Assembly: GCA_965250195.1 (NCBI GenBank)
Contig: OZ252295.1
Coordinates: 2,586,887 to 2,650,886 of the forward strand
Reading direction: 5' to 3'
Length of the DNA stretch: 64,000 nucleotides
DNA from: Dehalococcoidia bacterium
GTDB taxonomy: Bacteria > Chloroflexota > Dehalococcoidia > Lucifugimonadales > UBA2962
The notes under the pieces were generated by a model that was not told where the DNA came from, made no database searches, and saw nothing but the letters and a program-made list of their open reading frames with translations. Below are positions 54,375 to 64,000 of the stretch, piece by piece (the first letter of the stretch is position 1; the number at the start of each line of letters is the position of its first letter). The position numbers were made by a program, and so were the translations under genes.

Positions 54375-55439
54375 TTACTCGAAGGCTAGGGCCTTCGCAG
54401 GGTTTTTTATCAGGATCTTGTCGATCAGGTCTTGTGAGAAGCCTCGCTTTTTCATCCGCGGCACTATGCCCTCCAGCATGTGGGCGTAGCCGGGGCCGCC
54501 GTAGCGCTCCAGATGGATGAGGGAGCAGCGGTCCTGAACGACGAGTAACTGGTTTTCATGACCATGCTCGATGAGGTGCTCCAGGCGCTCGATGCGCTGG
54601 GCGTCGGATATCTGGCCGCCGATACGACCCAGATATTCGTGGTTGGTCGACTCGTAACCGAATAGATCGTGCTGGATGTAGCAACCCGAAGACGCCAAGT
54701 CCCGAAGTGCTCCGGGGTCTTTTACGACCGGGCCGAGGTGACCCATGATGATCTGTTTTGGATCGGCTCCGGCCTCAACGAGTACGTCGAGTATCTCGGC
54801 AGGGCTGGACTGCTCGAAGCCGGGATGGATGGTGATGGGCGCACCGGTGCGGACTGACGCCCGCGCAGACGCCCTGAGTACTTTGGTCACGTTGTCGTCG
54901 AGCGGGGCCATGCAGCCGATCTCGCCGATGACGCCGGAGCGCAGGCCGGTGTCGCCGACGCCGACGGTGATGTCGCGGACGATCTCGTCTTCGATGGCAC
55001 CCTGTTCGCGCTCGTCCATGTAGGCGGGGTGAAACATGGGGATGTAGTAGCTGCCGCCCATGACGACGTTGAGCCCGGTGGCACGGGATATGCGTGTTAG
55101 GGCGAGGGGGTCGCGGGCGATGCCGATGCTGGTCGTATCGACCATCGAGTCGCCACCAGCGTGCCTGAAGCGCAGGGCCTCTTTGATGGCCAGTTGCTCG
55201 TCCAGCACGCGCAGGTTGGCGTGGTTGCGTAACCACAGCTTGCCCATCTTTCCCAGAATGTCGATTGTCACCGGTTGATTTTCGTGGTGACGCGTCGACG
55301 CCTCTTCAGCCTGACAGAAGTAGCCGTCCAGGTCGATCAGAAGGTGCTCGTGGGTGAGGGTGACGCCCATCTGCTCGGGCTCGATTGGCCCCAGCACGGT
55401 CTGAACCTTCCCTTTCGTGGCCCCATCTGGGCCTTTCAT
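54375..55439 (-). CDS. phosphotriesterase-related protein (PHP/PTER family), fifth paralog
   Basis: ATG 55439 gives MKGPDGATKGKVQTVLGPIEPEQMGVTLTHEHLLIDL. Also GVIGEIG, IHPG, MGHLG, VQDRC. Confidence 0.8.
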   Translation of the reverse strand: MKGPDGATKGKVQTVLGPIEPEQMGVTLTHEHLLIDLDGYFCQAEEASTRHHENQPVTIDILGKMGKLWLRNHANLRVLDEQLAIKEALRFRHAGGDSMVDTTSIGIARDPLALTRISRATGLNVVMGGSYYIPMFHPAYMDEREQGAIEDEIVRDITVGVGDTGLRSGVIGEIGCMAPLDDNVTKVLRASARASVRTGAPITIHPGFEQSSPAEILDVLVEAGADPKQIIMGHLGPVVKDPGALRDLASSGCYIQHDLFGYESTNHEYLGRIGGQISDAQRIERLEHLIEHGHENQLLVVQDRCSLIHLERYGGPGYAHMLEGIVPRMKKRGFSQDLIDKILIKNPAKALAFE

Positions 55440-55528
55440 TTCGCTATCGGGCAAGACTTTCCTCCTCTTCGCCGGGGCGAGTTTACCACCCCCAACACTC
55501 TGCAAAGAGAACCTATAATGGCGACCCC

Positions 55529-56302
55529 ATGAATACCCAAAATATGCGTGGCAAGGTGGCGCTGGTAACGGGCGCCAGCACCGGCCTAGGAGAAGCGGTC
55601 GCACGTGCCTTCGCCCGCCGGGGAGCGGCGGTCGTGACCGTCGCCCGGCGCGAGGCGGAGGGCGAGGCGGTGGCCCACGGCATTAGGGACGAGGGCGGCA
55701 GGGCGCTGTTCGCGCGCGGCGATGTCTCGGTCTCCGGGGACATGGAAAACGCCGTCGCTGTCGGGATCGAAAGCTTCGGGCGGCTGGACTACGCGGTCAA
55801 TAACGCCGGGATTACCGGCGAGGCAGCACTGACGGCCGACGCGACTTTGGAAAACTGGGACGCGGTGATGGCGATCAACCTCAGAGGGGTGTTCCTGTCG
55901 CTGAAGGCGGAGATTCCGGCGATGCTCAAGACGGGAGGCGGTGCGATTGTGAACGTGTCGTCGGGGGTGGGCATGTATGGCGTGCCGACGATTCCCGCCT
56001 ATGTCGCCAGCAGACACGCGGTGGTGGGCCTGACGAAGGCCGCCGCGCTGGAGTACGCCCCGCTGGGCATTCGGGTGAACTCGATCTGCCCCGGCTCTAT
56101 CACCACGCCGATGCACTACGCGCTCTGGGGCCAGGGCCGAACGGCCCAACAGACTGACGCCTACATCGCCGAGCTGCACCCGGCCGGGCGGGTGGCCAGC
56201 CCGGAGGAGATCGCCGACACGTGCGGGTGGCTGTGCTCGGACGCGGCGTCCTACGTTACCGGCTCGCCGCTGGTGAACGACGGCGGCTGGGCCTCGCGCT
56301 AG
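55529..56302 (+). CDS. short-chain dehydrogenase/reductase (SDR)
   Basis: TGASTGLG cofactor motif, NNAG, and catalytic YVASRHAV (YxxxK variant with R). Start ATG 55529. Confidence 0.8.
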   Translation: MNTQNMRGKVALVTGASTGLGEAVARAFARRGAAVVTVARREAEGEAVAHGIRDEGGRALFARGDVSVSGDMENAVAVGIESFGRLDYAVNNAGITGEAALTADATLENWDAVMAINLRGVFLSLKAEIPAMLKTGGGAIVNVSSGVGMYGVPTIPAYVASRHAVVGLTKAAALEYAPLGIRVNSICPGSITTPMHYALWGQGRTAQQTDAYIAELHPAGRVASPEEIADTCGWLCSDAASYVTGSPLVNDGGWASR

Positions 56303-56380
56303 AACGTCTCTCCGCTCACTCCGTTCGCGCCTGGGGCTTCTTCGCGGGAGCGCTCATCGCTTTGACCTTGGTCCGCTCCG

Positions 56381-58645
56381 CTACCCGGAGGTCGCTTTTA
56401 TGATGGCTTGCGGGTTCATCGGCAGGCTGCGCAGGCGGGTGCCGGTGGCGGCGTTGATGGCGTTGGCCAGCGCGGCTAATGGCGCCGAGATGGACGCCTC
56501 CCCCACGCCTTTGACCCCGTAGGGATGGTTGGGGTTGGGCACCTCGATCATGACGGCCTCGATCATGGGCAGATCGAGCGAGGTCGGCATGCGGTAGTCG
56601 AGTAGCGAGGCGTTTTGCATCGCTCCCTCGTCGTTGAGGAAGTACTCCTCGTTCAGCGCCCAGCCGATCCCCTGGGCGATTCCGCCCTGTATCTGCCCCT
56701 CTACGTATGCCGGGTGGATGGCGGTGCCCACGTCTTGAAAGGCGGTGGCACGAAGCACGTCGGTCTTGCCCGTCTCGGGGTCGACTTTTACGTCGACTAT
56801 CAACGCTGAATAGGAACCCGCCGCGCCGCCGGGGTTGAGGTTGGCCCGCCCAACGATGGGCCCGCCGGTGGAGTTGGCGTTGGCCGCGATCTCTTTGAAA
56901 GTGGTCTCCAATTCCGGGTCGGAGACGTGGCGGACCGCGCCGTCTGCGTATTCGACCTGATTGACGGCGACGTCCCACACCCGGGCCGCTCGCTCGATGA
57001 CCTGGCGCTTGACGTCGTTGGCAGCTTCGTACGCCGCCCAGCCCGACTTGTACGTCACGCCGCTGCCCCCGGTGACAGAAGTGTAACCGATGGCTTCGGT
57101 ATCGCCGACGCTGGGGAGCACATCCTCCACCGGCAACGCCAACACCTCGGCGAACATCTGGGCGACGGCCGTGCGGCTGCCGCCGATGTCCATCGAGCCC
57201 TCGACGAGGGAGACACGGCCGTCTGCCAGCACGTTGCCGACAGCGCAGGCAGGCCCGGCGTTGTTGCGGCAAAAGCCCAGGCCCACTCCCCTGCCGACGC
57301 CGTCCCCGTCCAGAGGCGACGAGTAATGGGGGTGTGCCTTGATGGCCTCCATAGTCTCAAGCGCACCGATGGCGCCGTTCATGACGCCGTCCGCCCGCCT
57401 GTCGCCCTCCCTAGCCGCGTTAAGTATGCGCAGGTCTACCGGGTCGATGCCCAGTTTTTCAGCGAGCTCGTCCATGACGGACTCGGCGGCGAAGGCGACT
57501 ATGGGCGCTCCCGGCGCCCGGTACGGCGCGACCTTGGGCTTGTTGTTGAGTACGTCGTAGCAGTCGATGCGCACGTTCTCGATTTTGTACGGCGCGAAGA
57601 TGGCCGCCGCCGCACCGGTGATGGGCGAAGGTGGGAACGCGCCCGCCTCGAAGGCGAACATGGCGTCGGCGCCGGTGATGCGGCCATCCTTCGTGGCACC
57701 GATCTTCACCCGGACGAGGCTGCCGGAGGTAGGCCCGGTGGCCTCCAACACTTCCGCGCGGGACATTGTGAGTTTGACGGGCTGGCCGGTCTTGCGGGAA
57801 AGAACGGCGGCCAATGGCTCGACGTAGGCCGGCAATTTGCCGCCGAAGCCGCCGCCGATCTCCATGGGCACGACGCGCACGTCCGAGACGGGGATGCCGA
57901 GGACGACGCCTAGCTGGTCACGGATGCCAAAGTGGCCCTGGCTGGAGCACCACACGGTGAGTTTGCCGTCCTGCGACCACGACGCCGTGCCGTTCTGGGG
58001 CTCGATGTAGCCCTGGTGCACGGCGGTGGTCCTGAACTCTCGTTCAACGATGACGTCTGCCGAACCAAACCCGGCATCGAGATCGCCGAGGACGTACTGC
58101 TCGCGGCCCACGACGTTGGGCGGGAAGTCGTCTACCGGGCCCAGGCTGTAGGGCAGCATGTCTTCGTGAACTATTGGGGCGCCGGGCGCCATGGCCGATT
58201 CGACGTCGAGCACCGCCGGGAGCTTTTCGTACTGCACGTCGATCAGTGCGAGAGCCTCCTGCGCCGCATGTACGCTCGTAGCCGCGACGGCGGCCACGGC
58301 GTGGCCCCTGTACAGCACCTTACCCCGGGCCATGACGTTGCCGGGGTGGTTCTGGCCGGGCAGGATGCCGGTGCCGACGGGGGCGCCCGGCATAAGGTCG
58401 GCCGAGGTCATGACGCCTCGTACGTCTGGGTGAGCCTCGGCACCTGACGTGTCGATGGACACGATGCGGGCGTGGGCGTGGGGGCTGCGCAGCACCGCGC
58501 CGTAGAGGGTGCCGGGCAGGGTGATGTCGGCCCCGAAACGGGCGCGGCCGGTTACCTTGTCGGCACCGTCGTGCCTGATCGGGCGGGTGCCAACTACCCT
58601 GTAGGCCTGGGATTTGGGGAAGTCTCGTTTGGTCTCGGTCGCCAT
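56381..58645 (-). CDS. xanthine dehydrogenase/aldehyde oxidase-family molybdopterin-binding large subunit
   Basis: Start at MATETKRDFPKSQAYRVVGTRPIRHDGADKVTGRARFGADI. Also GGGFGGK and a C-terminal GVGE region. Length about 754 aa. Confidence 0.8.
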   Translation of the reverse strand: MATETKRDFPKSQAYRVVGTRPIRHDGADKVTGRARFGADITLPGTLYGAVLRSPHAHARIVSIDTSGAEAHPDVRGVMTSADLMPGAPVGTGILPGQNHPGNVMARGKVLYRGHAVAAVAATSVHAAQEALALIDVQYEKLPAVLDVESAMAPGAPIVHEDMLPYSLGPVDDFPPNVVGREQYVLGDLDAGFGSADVIVEREFRTTAVHQGYIEPQNGTASWSQDGKLTVWCSSQGHFGIRDQLGVVLGIPVSDVRVVPMEIGGGFGGKLPAYVEPLAAVLSRKTGQPVKLTMSRAEVLEATGPTSGSLVRVKIGATKDGRITGADAMFAFEAGAFPPSPITGAAAAIFAPYKIENVRIDCYDVLNNKPKVAPYRAPGAPIVAFAAESVMDELAEKLGIDPVDLRILNAAREGDRRADGVMNGAIGALETMEAIKAHPHYSSPLDGDGVGRGVGLGFCRNNAGPACAVGNVLADGRVSLVEGSMDIGGSRTAVAQMFAEVLALPVEDVLPSVGDTEAIGYTSVTGGSGVTYKSGWAAYEAANDVKRQVIERAARVWDVAVNQVEYADGAVRHVSDPELETTFKEIAANANSTGGPIVGRANLNPGGAAGSYSALIVDVKVDPETGKTDVLRATAFQDVGTAIHPAYVEGQIQGGIAQGIGWALNEEYFLNDEGAMQNASLLDYRMPTSLDLPMIEAVMIEVPNPNHPYGVKGVGEASISAPLAALANAINAATGTRLRSLPMNPQAIIKATSG

Positions 58646-58677
58646 TTTTCCTCTTTCAGTCAGATTCGATGTTTTTA

Positions 58678-59598
58678 TCAGTCGATGCTGCGCCAGTCGG
58701 CCCCAACGTCGTCGTAGCGCCGGTGCAGGTCGGTGACCACGCCTTCGTCTAAAGGCAGGCGCTGATCGACGATGTCGATGTTGGACTGCATGTGGTCGGG
58801 GTTGCGTGTGCCGACGATCGCGGTGTCGACCTCGGGGTGCGCCAGCACGAAGCCGAGCGCGGTCTCGATGCGGTTGTCGGGCTCTCCAGCGATCGGGCCA
58901 CCGGCCTGCATTTTCTGGGAGCGCTGGCCCAGTCTCCGGGCCACGGTGTCTTCGTAGTGGTCCTCTGAACGGAATTCCCGGCCCCACATGCCGTTGCCGA
59001 TGGGGCGCTTGGCGATGATGCCGATGTTGGCCGCTTTCGCCGCTGCGAAGATCCCATGCCTCGCCCGCTGATCCATAATGGAAAAGGCGGTCTGGAGGGT
59101 GTCAAAGAGCCCGCTCTCGATGGCCCACATGGCCTCTTCGTTCTCCTGGCTGTAACCGACGAAGCGCGTCTTGCCCGCTTTCTTGGCGTCCAGGACGGCC
59201 TCGATTACGTCGTTGGGAGGCTGGCCGAAGATGTCGTAGGCGTGTACCTGCAGCAGGTCGACATGGTCGGTCTTGAGGCGTTTGAGGCTGCGTTCGATAC
59301 TCTTTCGCACGATATCACCGGTGAACCGGGGGCCCTCAGTACCGAAGCTGGGGTGGCCGACTTTGGTTGCCAGTATGAAGTCGTCACGCCGATGAGAGAT
59401 TGTGGCGCCGATGAGGTCTTCGGAGATGCCGTAGCACTCCGCGGTGTCGAAGAAGTTGATGCCGCCGTCGAGTGCAATATTCAGTAGACGTCCAGCAAGG
59501 TCAACTTCACCCTCGCTCAGCTGGAAGCCGATTTCTACGAGTCCTACCCCCAGTCGGCTCACCTTCAGCCCGGTCCTGCCGAGCGTCGCCATCTCCAT
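58678..59598 (-). CDS. aldo/keto reductase
   Basis: FDTAECYG, LATKVGH, DLLQVH, GYS. Paralogous to 18836..19756. Confidence 0.8.
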   Translation of the reverse strand: MEMATLGRTGLKVSRLGVGLVEIGFQLSEGEVDLAGRLLNIALDGGINFFDTAECYGISEDLIGATISHRRDDFILATKVGHPSFGTEGPRFTGDIVRKSIERSLKRLKTDHVDLLQVHAYDIFGQPPNDVIEAVLDAKKAGKTRFVGYSQENEEAMWAIESGLFDTLQTAFSIMDQRARHGIFAAAKAANIGIIAKRPIGNGMWGREFRSEDHYEDTVARRLGQRSQKMQAGGPIAGEPDNRIETALGFVLAHPEVDTAIVGTRNPDHMQSNIDIVDQRLPLDEGVVTDLHRRYDDVGADWRSID

Positions 59599-59713
59599 TT
59601 ATATCTCCTTGTCACGCCTGGGTCGGGCCTGCCCATAGCCGATTTTACAGAGGGGGGTCGGCCCGGGCAATGCGCCCCGTGGCAGACGATAGTATGCCAA
59701 CACGCACACGGTT

Positions 59714-61102
59714 ATGATGCGATCTATGCTGCTCCAGACCGGACCGACCGGGCACACCGGGCGAGCCCGGCTCGTCGGCGCCGTTGCAACCGCCCTACTG
59801 ATTACGGCGCTGGCGGCCGTCGCCTGCATTCCCGAGTCGCCGGGAACGGCCAATGAGGGGGGTGCGGATCGCCTGGCCGGTGTCGAGTGGTCGGACGAGC
59901 TGGACGGCGGTAGCGGGATTACCGCCCTCGCCGTCGCCCCGGACGGGGCGCTGTACGTCGCCGGTTGGACGACGACGGCGCTTGCGACAGGCTCTGGAGC
60001 AGGGGGCCGCGATGGGTTCGTTCGACGCTACTCCCAAGACGGCGAGGTGATCTGGACTCGCCAGTTCGGGGCCAATGGAGACGACAACGCCGAGGACCTC
60101 GCGGTCGACGACGCCGGCAACGTTTACGTCGCGGCCCGGGTTAGTGGGCCGGTCGGCCAAAACCCCGGCAGTGGGGGCCGGGACGCGTACGTGGCCGCCT
60201 ACGACCCGGAAGGCCTGGAGATGTGGTCTCAACAGTTCGGCACGCCGGAGGTGGACTGGGCGGATTCGCTCGCCGTTGCAGAGGATGGGACGGTCTTCGT
60301 CTCCGGCTCGACCACCGGGTCTTTCAAGGGGTTTAGCAACGGGGGAGTCACGGATAACTTCTTGGCCGGGATCGATTCGGGGGGCCGGTTGGTATCGATG
60401 GTCCAGTTCGGATCGGCCGAGGGTATGGGCGCGACGGCGCTTGCGTCCTCAGGCGGGCGGCTCTATCTCACCGGCTCGACGCTGGGGCCGCTATCTGACA
60501 GGCCTACCGGCAAAGAGCACGCTGGCTCCGCCGACCTTTATCTGCGGGTGTACGAGCCCAATGGGGACGTCCTGCGGACGTGGACTTTCGGGTCCAATAA
60601 CGCCGACACGGCGCTGGACCTGGCGGTAGACACGGAGGGATCTGTCTTCCTCGTCGGGACGACACGTGCCACGCTGCCCAACCCGATTGTCGGGATCGGC
60701 GCCCGTATTGGAGGGTTCCTCGACGCGTTCGCCATCGGTCTGACCGCAGATGGGGACGTTAGATGGGTTTCGCAGTTCGGCACTGACGAGTCGGACGTGG
60801 CCTCGGGTGTGGCCCAGGGAACGGACGGCGTGCTGTACGTGGCCGGGAGGACGAGCGGCGCCTTTCCGACTTTCTCGGCAACGGGAGAGTTCGACGTTTT
60901 CGTCAGCGCCTACAGCGCAGACGGCCGGGCGCTTTGGACGCGCCAGATGGGCTCGACGGCGGAGGACTTCGCCTACGCAATGGCGGTCGGGCCGGGCAAG
61001 AACCTGTTCGTGGCCGGGTCGGGCGGCCTGGTGGGCGGCGGGGGCCGCGGCTTCGGTGACGAGCGTGGCTGGGTTATCCGCATGGCGGTCCCCGCAGAGT
61101 AG
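59714..61102 (+). CDS. secreted SBBP-type beta-propeller repeat protein
   Basis: Signal/lipobox-like LAAVAC. About 7 repeats of the D-A-x-(L/V)A-V-D-x-x-G-x-V(Y/F)V(A/S/T)G type. Confidence 0.65.
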   Translation: MMRSMLLQTGPTGHTGRARLVGAVATALLITALAAVACIPESPGTANEGGADRLAGVEWSDELDGGSGITALAVAPDGALYVAGWTTTALATGSGAGGRDGFVRRYSQDGEVIWTRQFGANGDDNAEDLAVDDAGNVYVAARVSGPVGQNPGSGGRDAYVAAYDPEGLEMWSQQFGTPEVDWADSLAVAEDGTVFVSGSTTGSFKGFSNGGVTDNFLAGIDSGGRLVSMVQFGSAEGMGATALASSGGRLYLTGSTLGPLSDRPTGKEHAGSADLYLRVYEPNGDVLRTWTFGSNNADTALDLAVDTEGSVFLVGTTRATLPNPIVGIGARIGGFLDAFAIGLTADGDVRWVSQFGTDESDVASGVAQGTDGVLYVAGRTSGAFPTFSATGEFDVFVSAYSADGRALWTRQMGSTAEDFAYAMAVGPGKNLFVAGSGGLVGGGGRGFGDERGWVIRMAVPAE

Positions 61103-61221
61103 CCCCCTACGGGCGGCGCGGGCCGCTCTAGAGACCCGGAAAAGGCGTCTCTATTCCACTTGTACAGCGCTGACGGGCGGGCCAATACTTGTTTTGCGGC
61201 CGATTGCGCCGCGTGCCTGTT

Positions 61222-62349
61222 ATGGACGAACGCCTTACATTCGGTCGATTTTTCGACCAGATAGTCGCCTGGGAGTCGCTGATTGCCCTGGGCTTGTTCG
61301 CCGCCTTCATGGTCGGCGCGTTCGTTCTACGCTTTGTCCTCAAGAAGGTCACCGAGCATCTGGAGGAGCGTGCGCCCGATAGCTTCGTCGCCCAGATGAT
61401 CAACGCTGCCCGTGGCCCGGCGGTACTGTTTGTATTCATACTGGGCCTCTACCTGGGCATTATCGCCCTGCCCATAGAGGGCGGTGGTTGGCGACAGGGT
61501 GTCACCTCGGCCTGGACCATCGGGGTGGTGGTCGTAATGGTGCAGGCGGCCGCCAGCGCCGTGCGGTTCTCAATCAACTGGTACCTGAAAGTGGTCGCGC
61601 CCAAGACGGCGACGCCGCTCGACGACAAGATGCTGCCCCAGGTGCGGCGCATCCTGCTGATCGTCGTTTACGGCATCGGCTTCCTCATTGCCCTGGACGC
61701 ACTCGGCGTATCCATCAGCCCGCTGCTAGGCGGTCTCGGTATTACTGGTATAGCAGTTGCCCTGGCGCTACAGCCCACGCTAAGCAACTTCTTCGCCGGA
61801 ACCTACGTCATGTCGGACGGTGCGATGGATGTGGGCGACTACATTGAGCTGACCGGGGGCCCCGCCGGGTATGTCGCCGACGTGGGCTGGCGCAGCACCA
61901 AGATACGGACCATCTACAACAACCTGGTAATCATTCCCAACTCGGTCCTCGCCGACACGATTTTCACCAATTACCAGACACCCAGCACCGCCGTCAGCGT
62001 GAGGGTGGACTGTGGGGTGAGCTACGACAGCGACCTTCAGCACGTCCAGGACGTTGCCCTTGCGGCCTCCCGTAAGGTGATTTCCGAGAGCGCTAATGCC
62101 GTCGAGTTCGACCCGATCGTGAACTTTAAGACGTTCGGCGACTCGAACATCGATTTTTACATTTTCGCCCGGGCCAGGGACCGCATTTCCAGTTTCAGAC
62201 TGACCAGCGAGTTGATCAAGGCCATCCACGCCCGCTTTACCGAGGAGGGCATTGAGATCAACTACCCGGTGCGCAAGATCGTCTACGAGGGCGGCCAGAA
62301 GCTACCGGTGGAACTGACGACCGTCCCCCCTAATGGCCAGGGGGCCTGA
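61222..62349 (+). CDS. MscS-family mechanosensitive channel
   Basis: TM helices followed by GITGIAVALALQPTLSNFFAG and the beta-domain GYVADVGWRSTKIRT..NNLVIIPNS. Confidence 0.8.
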   Translation: MDERLTFGRFFDQIVAWESLIALGLFAAFMVGAFVLRFVLKKVTEHLEERAPDSFVAQMINAARGPAVLFVFILGLYLGIIALPIEGGGWRQGVTSAWTIGVVVVMVQAAASAVRFSINWYLKVVAPKTATPLDDKMLPQVRRILLIVVYGIGFLIALDALGVSISPLLGGLGITGIAVALALQPTLSNFFAGTYVMSDGAMDVGDYIELTGGPAGYVADVGWRSTKIRTIYNNLVIIPNSVLADTIFTNYQTPSTAVSVRVDCGVSYDSDLQHVQDVALAASRKVISESANAVEFDPIVNFKTFGDSNIDFYIFARARDRISSFRLTSELIKAIHARFTEEGIEINYPVRKIVYEGGQKLPVELTTVPPNGQGA

Positions 62350-62380
62350 GAAGCCGGTACGACCCCTTTCTTCGAGCCGG

Positions 62381-64000
62381 CTAGAGCCGGCGGCCGAGCA
62401 TGTGGCCTTCGTAGACGGCGGCCTCGACGTCCCTGGGTTGCACGCAGTCGCCGATGGCGTGCAACTCCCCTACCCTGCCCTCTAGCTCGCGGTACAGGCC
62501 GTCGCGGGCCCTTCCCCCGGCCGCGAACACGACGGTGTCGACGCCTTCCAGGGTCCACTGTTTGGGGGAGTAGACGGCGTCTCTGACCGAGACCGAGCTC
62601 TCGCCGATAGCCGTCACTTCGGTCAGCGGAGACAGCGTGACTCCGGCTTTTAGAAGATCTTCGTAAAGGTGGCGCCAGACGCCCGCCTGGATGTGCTCGC
62701 CGATGACGGGCATGCCGGTGACGAGGGTCACGTTTTTGCCCCGACCGGCCAGGTGGTTGGCGACGTCGCAACCCTCGCGCAGGCCCTGAGTGTCGATGAC
62801 CACCACGCTCTGGCCGACAGGTGCGTCGCCCGACATGACGTCGTGGGCGGAGATGACGTTAGCGCCCTCTGCACCAGGCATCTCGGGGATGTACGGGGAC
62901 GCGCCGGTGGCCAAGACGACGGCGTCGGGCGACCCGGCGATCACGGTTTCGGCCGTGGCCTCGACGCCGGTGCGGATGTTCACACCGGCGCGCCGGGCCC
63001 GGGCGTCCATGTAGCGAGCGATGTCGCCCCACTCCGACCTGCCTGGGGCCATAGCGGTGACGATGGTCTGACCGCCGGTGCGGTCGGCGCGCTCCAGTAA
63101 CGTGACCCGGTGGCCGCGCTCGGCCGCGATGGTCGCCGCTTCGAGCCCGGCCGGGCCACCGCCGATGACCACTACGCGTTTTGGGGCTTCGGCCGCCGGA
63201 AGCTCGCTTAGCGCAGCCTCCCTGCCCGCCACCGGGTTGTAGACGCAGGTGATGGGCAGGCGACGCGCCTGCCTGCCTTTGCAGCTCTGGTTGCAGGCGA
63301 TGCAGGGACGGATCTCGCTCGCCCTGCCCCCCATAGCCTTTGCCGGGAGAAAGGGGTCGGCGATTAGCTCGCGTGCCATGCCGACGAGGTCCATCCGGCC
63401 GTCTCGCACGAGCTGGTCGGCGAGTTTGGGAGTATTGATGCGGCCCGACCCGATGACCGGTACCTGAGCGACCGCCTTGACCCGAGCGGCGAGACCGGAA
63501 AACTGGCCGGGTTGGTGGTAGTGGGACGGGATGATGCTGGCGGCGCTCTTGAGGTCGTAATTGGTTCCGGCGGTCAGGCTGACGTAGTCGACCTGCTCGG
63601 GCCGACACAGGCTCGGGATCCATTCGAGAACATCGTCAATGTTTTGGCCGTAATCCAGGTCATCGTCCGTATAGCGGACGCCGAGGATGCTTTCGGGGCC
63701 GATCGCCTCTCGTACCGAGGCGAGGCACTCCTTCGCGAAGGTCATACGGCCTTCAAGGTCGCCGCCGTAGCGGTCGGTCCGCCGATTGGCGTGCTCGGAC
63801 AGGAACTGGGGGATGAGGTTGCCAAAGGCGATGGCGATCTCTACGCCATCGAAGCCCGAACGCACGACGCGCTCGGCCGCCGCACCAAAGGCACTGACGA
63901 TGTCCTCAATCTCACCGACGGACAGTTCGTGCGGCATGACTCGGCCGAAGTGGACCGAGGGCGCGGGCAGGGCCGAGGGGGCGACGGTGACGGTCTCGGA
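62381..64000 (-). CDS. NADH:flavin oxidoreductase (OYE TIM barrel) fused to an FAD/NAD(P) oxidoreductase domain, 2,4-dienoyl-CoA reductase-like. N-terminus lies beyond the window end.
   Basis: FDGVEIAIAFGNLIPQFLS..RTDRYGG, 4Fe-4S CIACNQSCKG, and GGGPAGLEAA dinucleotide fold. The reading frame stays open to position 64000. Confidence 0.8.
   Translation of the reverse strand, partial: SETVTVAPSALPAPSVHFGRVMPHELSVGEIEDIVSAFGAAAERVVRSGFDGVEIAIAFGNLIPQFLSEHANRRTDRYGGDLEGRMTFAKECLASVREAIGPESILGVRYTDDDLDYGQNIDDVLEWIPSLCRPEQVDYVSLTAGTNYDLKSAASIIPSHYHQPGQFSGLAARVKAVAQVPVIGSGRINTPKLADQLVRDGRMDLVGMARELIADPFLPAKAMGGRASEIRPCIACNQSCKGRQARRLPITCVYNPVAGREAALSELPAAEAPKRVVVIGGGPAGLEAATIAAERGHRVTLLERADRTGGQTIVTAMAPGRSEWGDIARYMDARARRAGVNIRTGVEATAETVIAGSPDAVVLATGASPYIPEMPGAEGANVISAHDVMSGDAPVGQSVVVIDTQGLREGCDVANHLAGRGKNVTLVTGMPVIGEHIQAGVWRHLYEDLLKAGVTLSPLTEVTAIGESSVSVRDAVYSPKQWTLEGVDTVVFAAGGRARDGLYRELEGRVGELHAIGDCVQPRDVEAAVYEGHMLGRRL

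Overview
High-GC (roughly 60-65% by eye) bacterial chromosomal window with no rRNA, CRISPR array, transposase or integrase. All protein calls come from motifs read in the supplied translations or my own translations; no database search was possible. Left third (1-28.7 kb): housekeeping and catabolic genes. These include an sdhA 5' end, an Fpg/Nei glycosylase, four tandem PHP/phosphotriesterase-family paralogs, three tandem VOC/glyoxalase paralogs, an amidohydrolase-GGT-MBL-DUF2652-glutamine-synthetase-like cluster, DsbA, an aldo-keto reductase plus enolase-superfamily pair, Kelch-repeat and pentapeptide-repeat lipoproteins, an ammonium transporter and a GrdB/PrdB-family gene. Middle (28.7-48.7 kb): an accessory region cut into about 16 small modules by at least 17 co-oriented copies of one 45-65 nt GC-rich structured repeat, ending about 160 nt from the 3' end of a tRNA-Thr(CGU). 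It resembles a gene-cassette array (integron/CALIN-like), but the repeat is not a canonical attC and no recombinase is visible. Right third (48.9-64 kb): a tightly packed minus-strand operon (PHP-like, AKR, CaiB-type CoA-transferase, acyl-CoA synthetase, acyl-CoA dehydrogenase), then SDR, a molybdopterin oxidoreductase large subunit, AKR, an SBBP-repeat protein, MscS and a FadH-like flavoprotein running off the end. Other points worth a second look: a GrdB-like ORF with an in-frame UGA (U-x-x-C) followed by a SECIS-like hairpin; an in-frame TAA splitting a DUF2652 gene; a 1-nt frameshift in amt; a PHP paralog whose conserved N-terminus has only a CTG as possible start; about 48-nt direct repeats bracketing the MBL gene; and a second duplicated non-coding element carrying a tRNA-3'-end-like sequence. 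The paralog-rich catabolic content suggests a marine Chloroflexota/SAR202-like organism, but that is only a weak guess.
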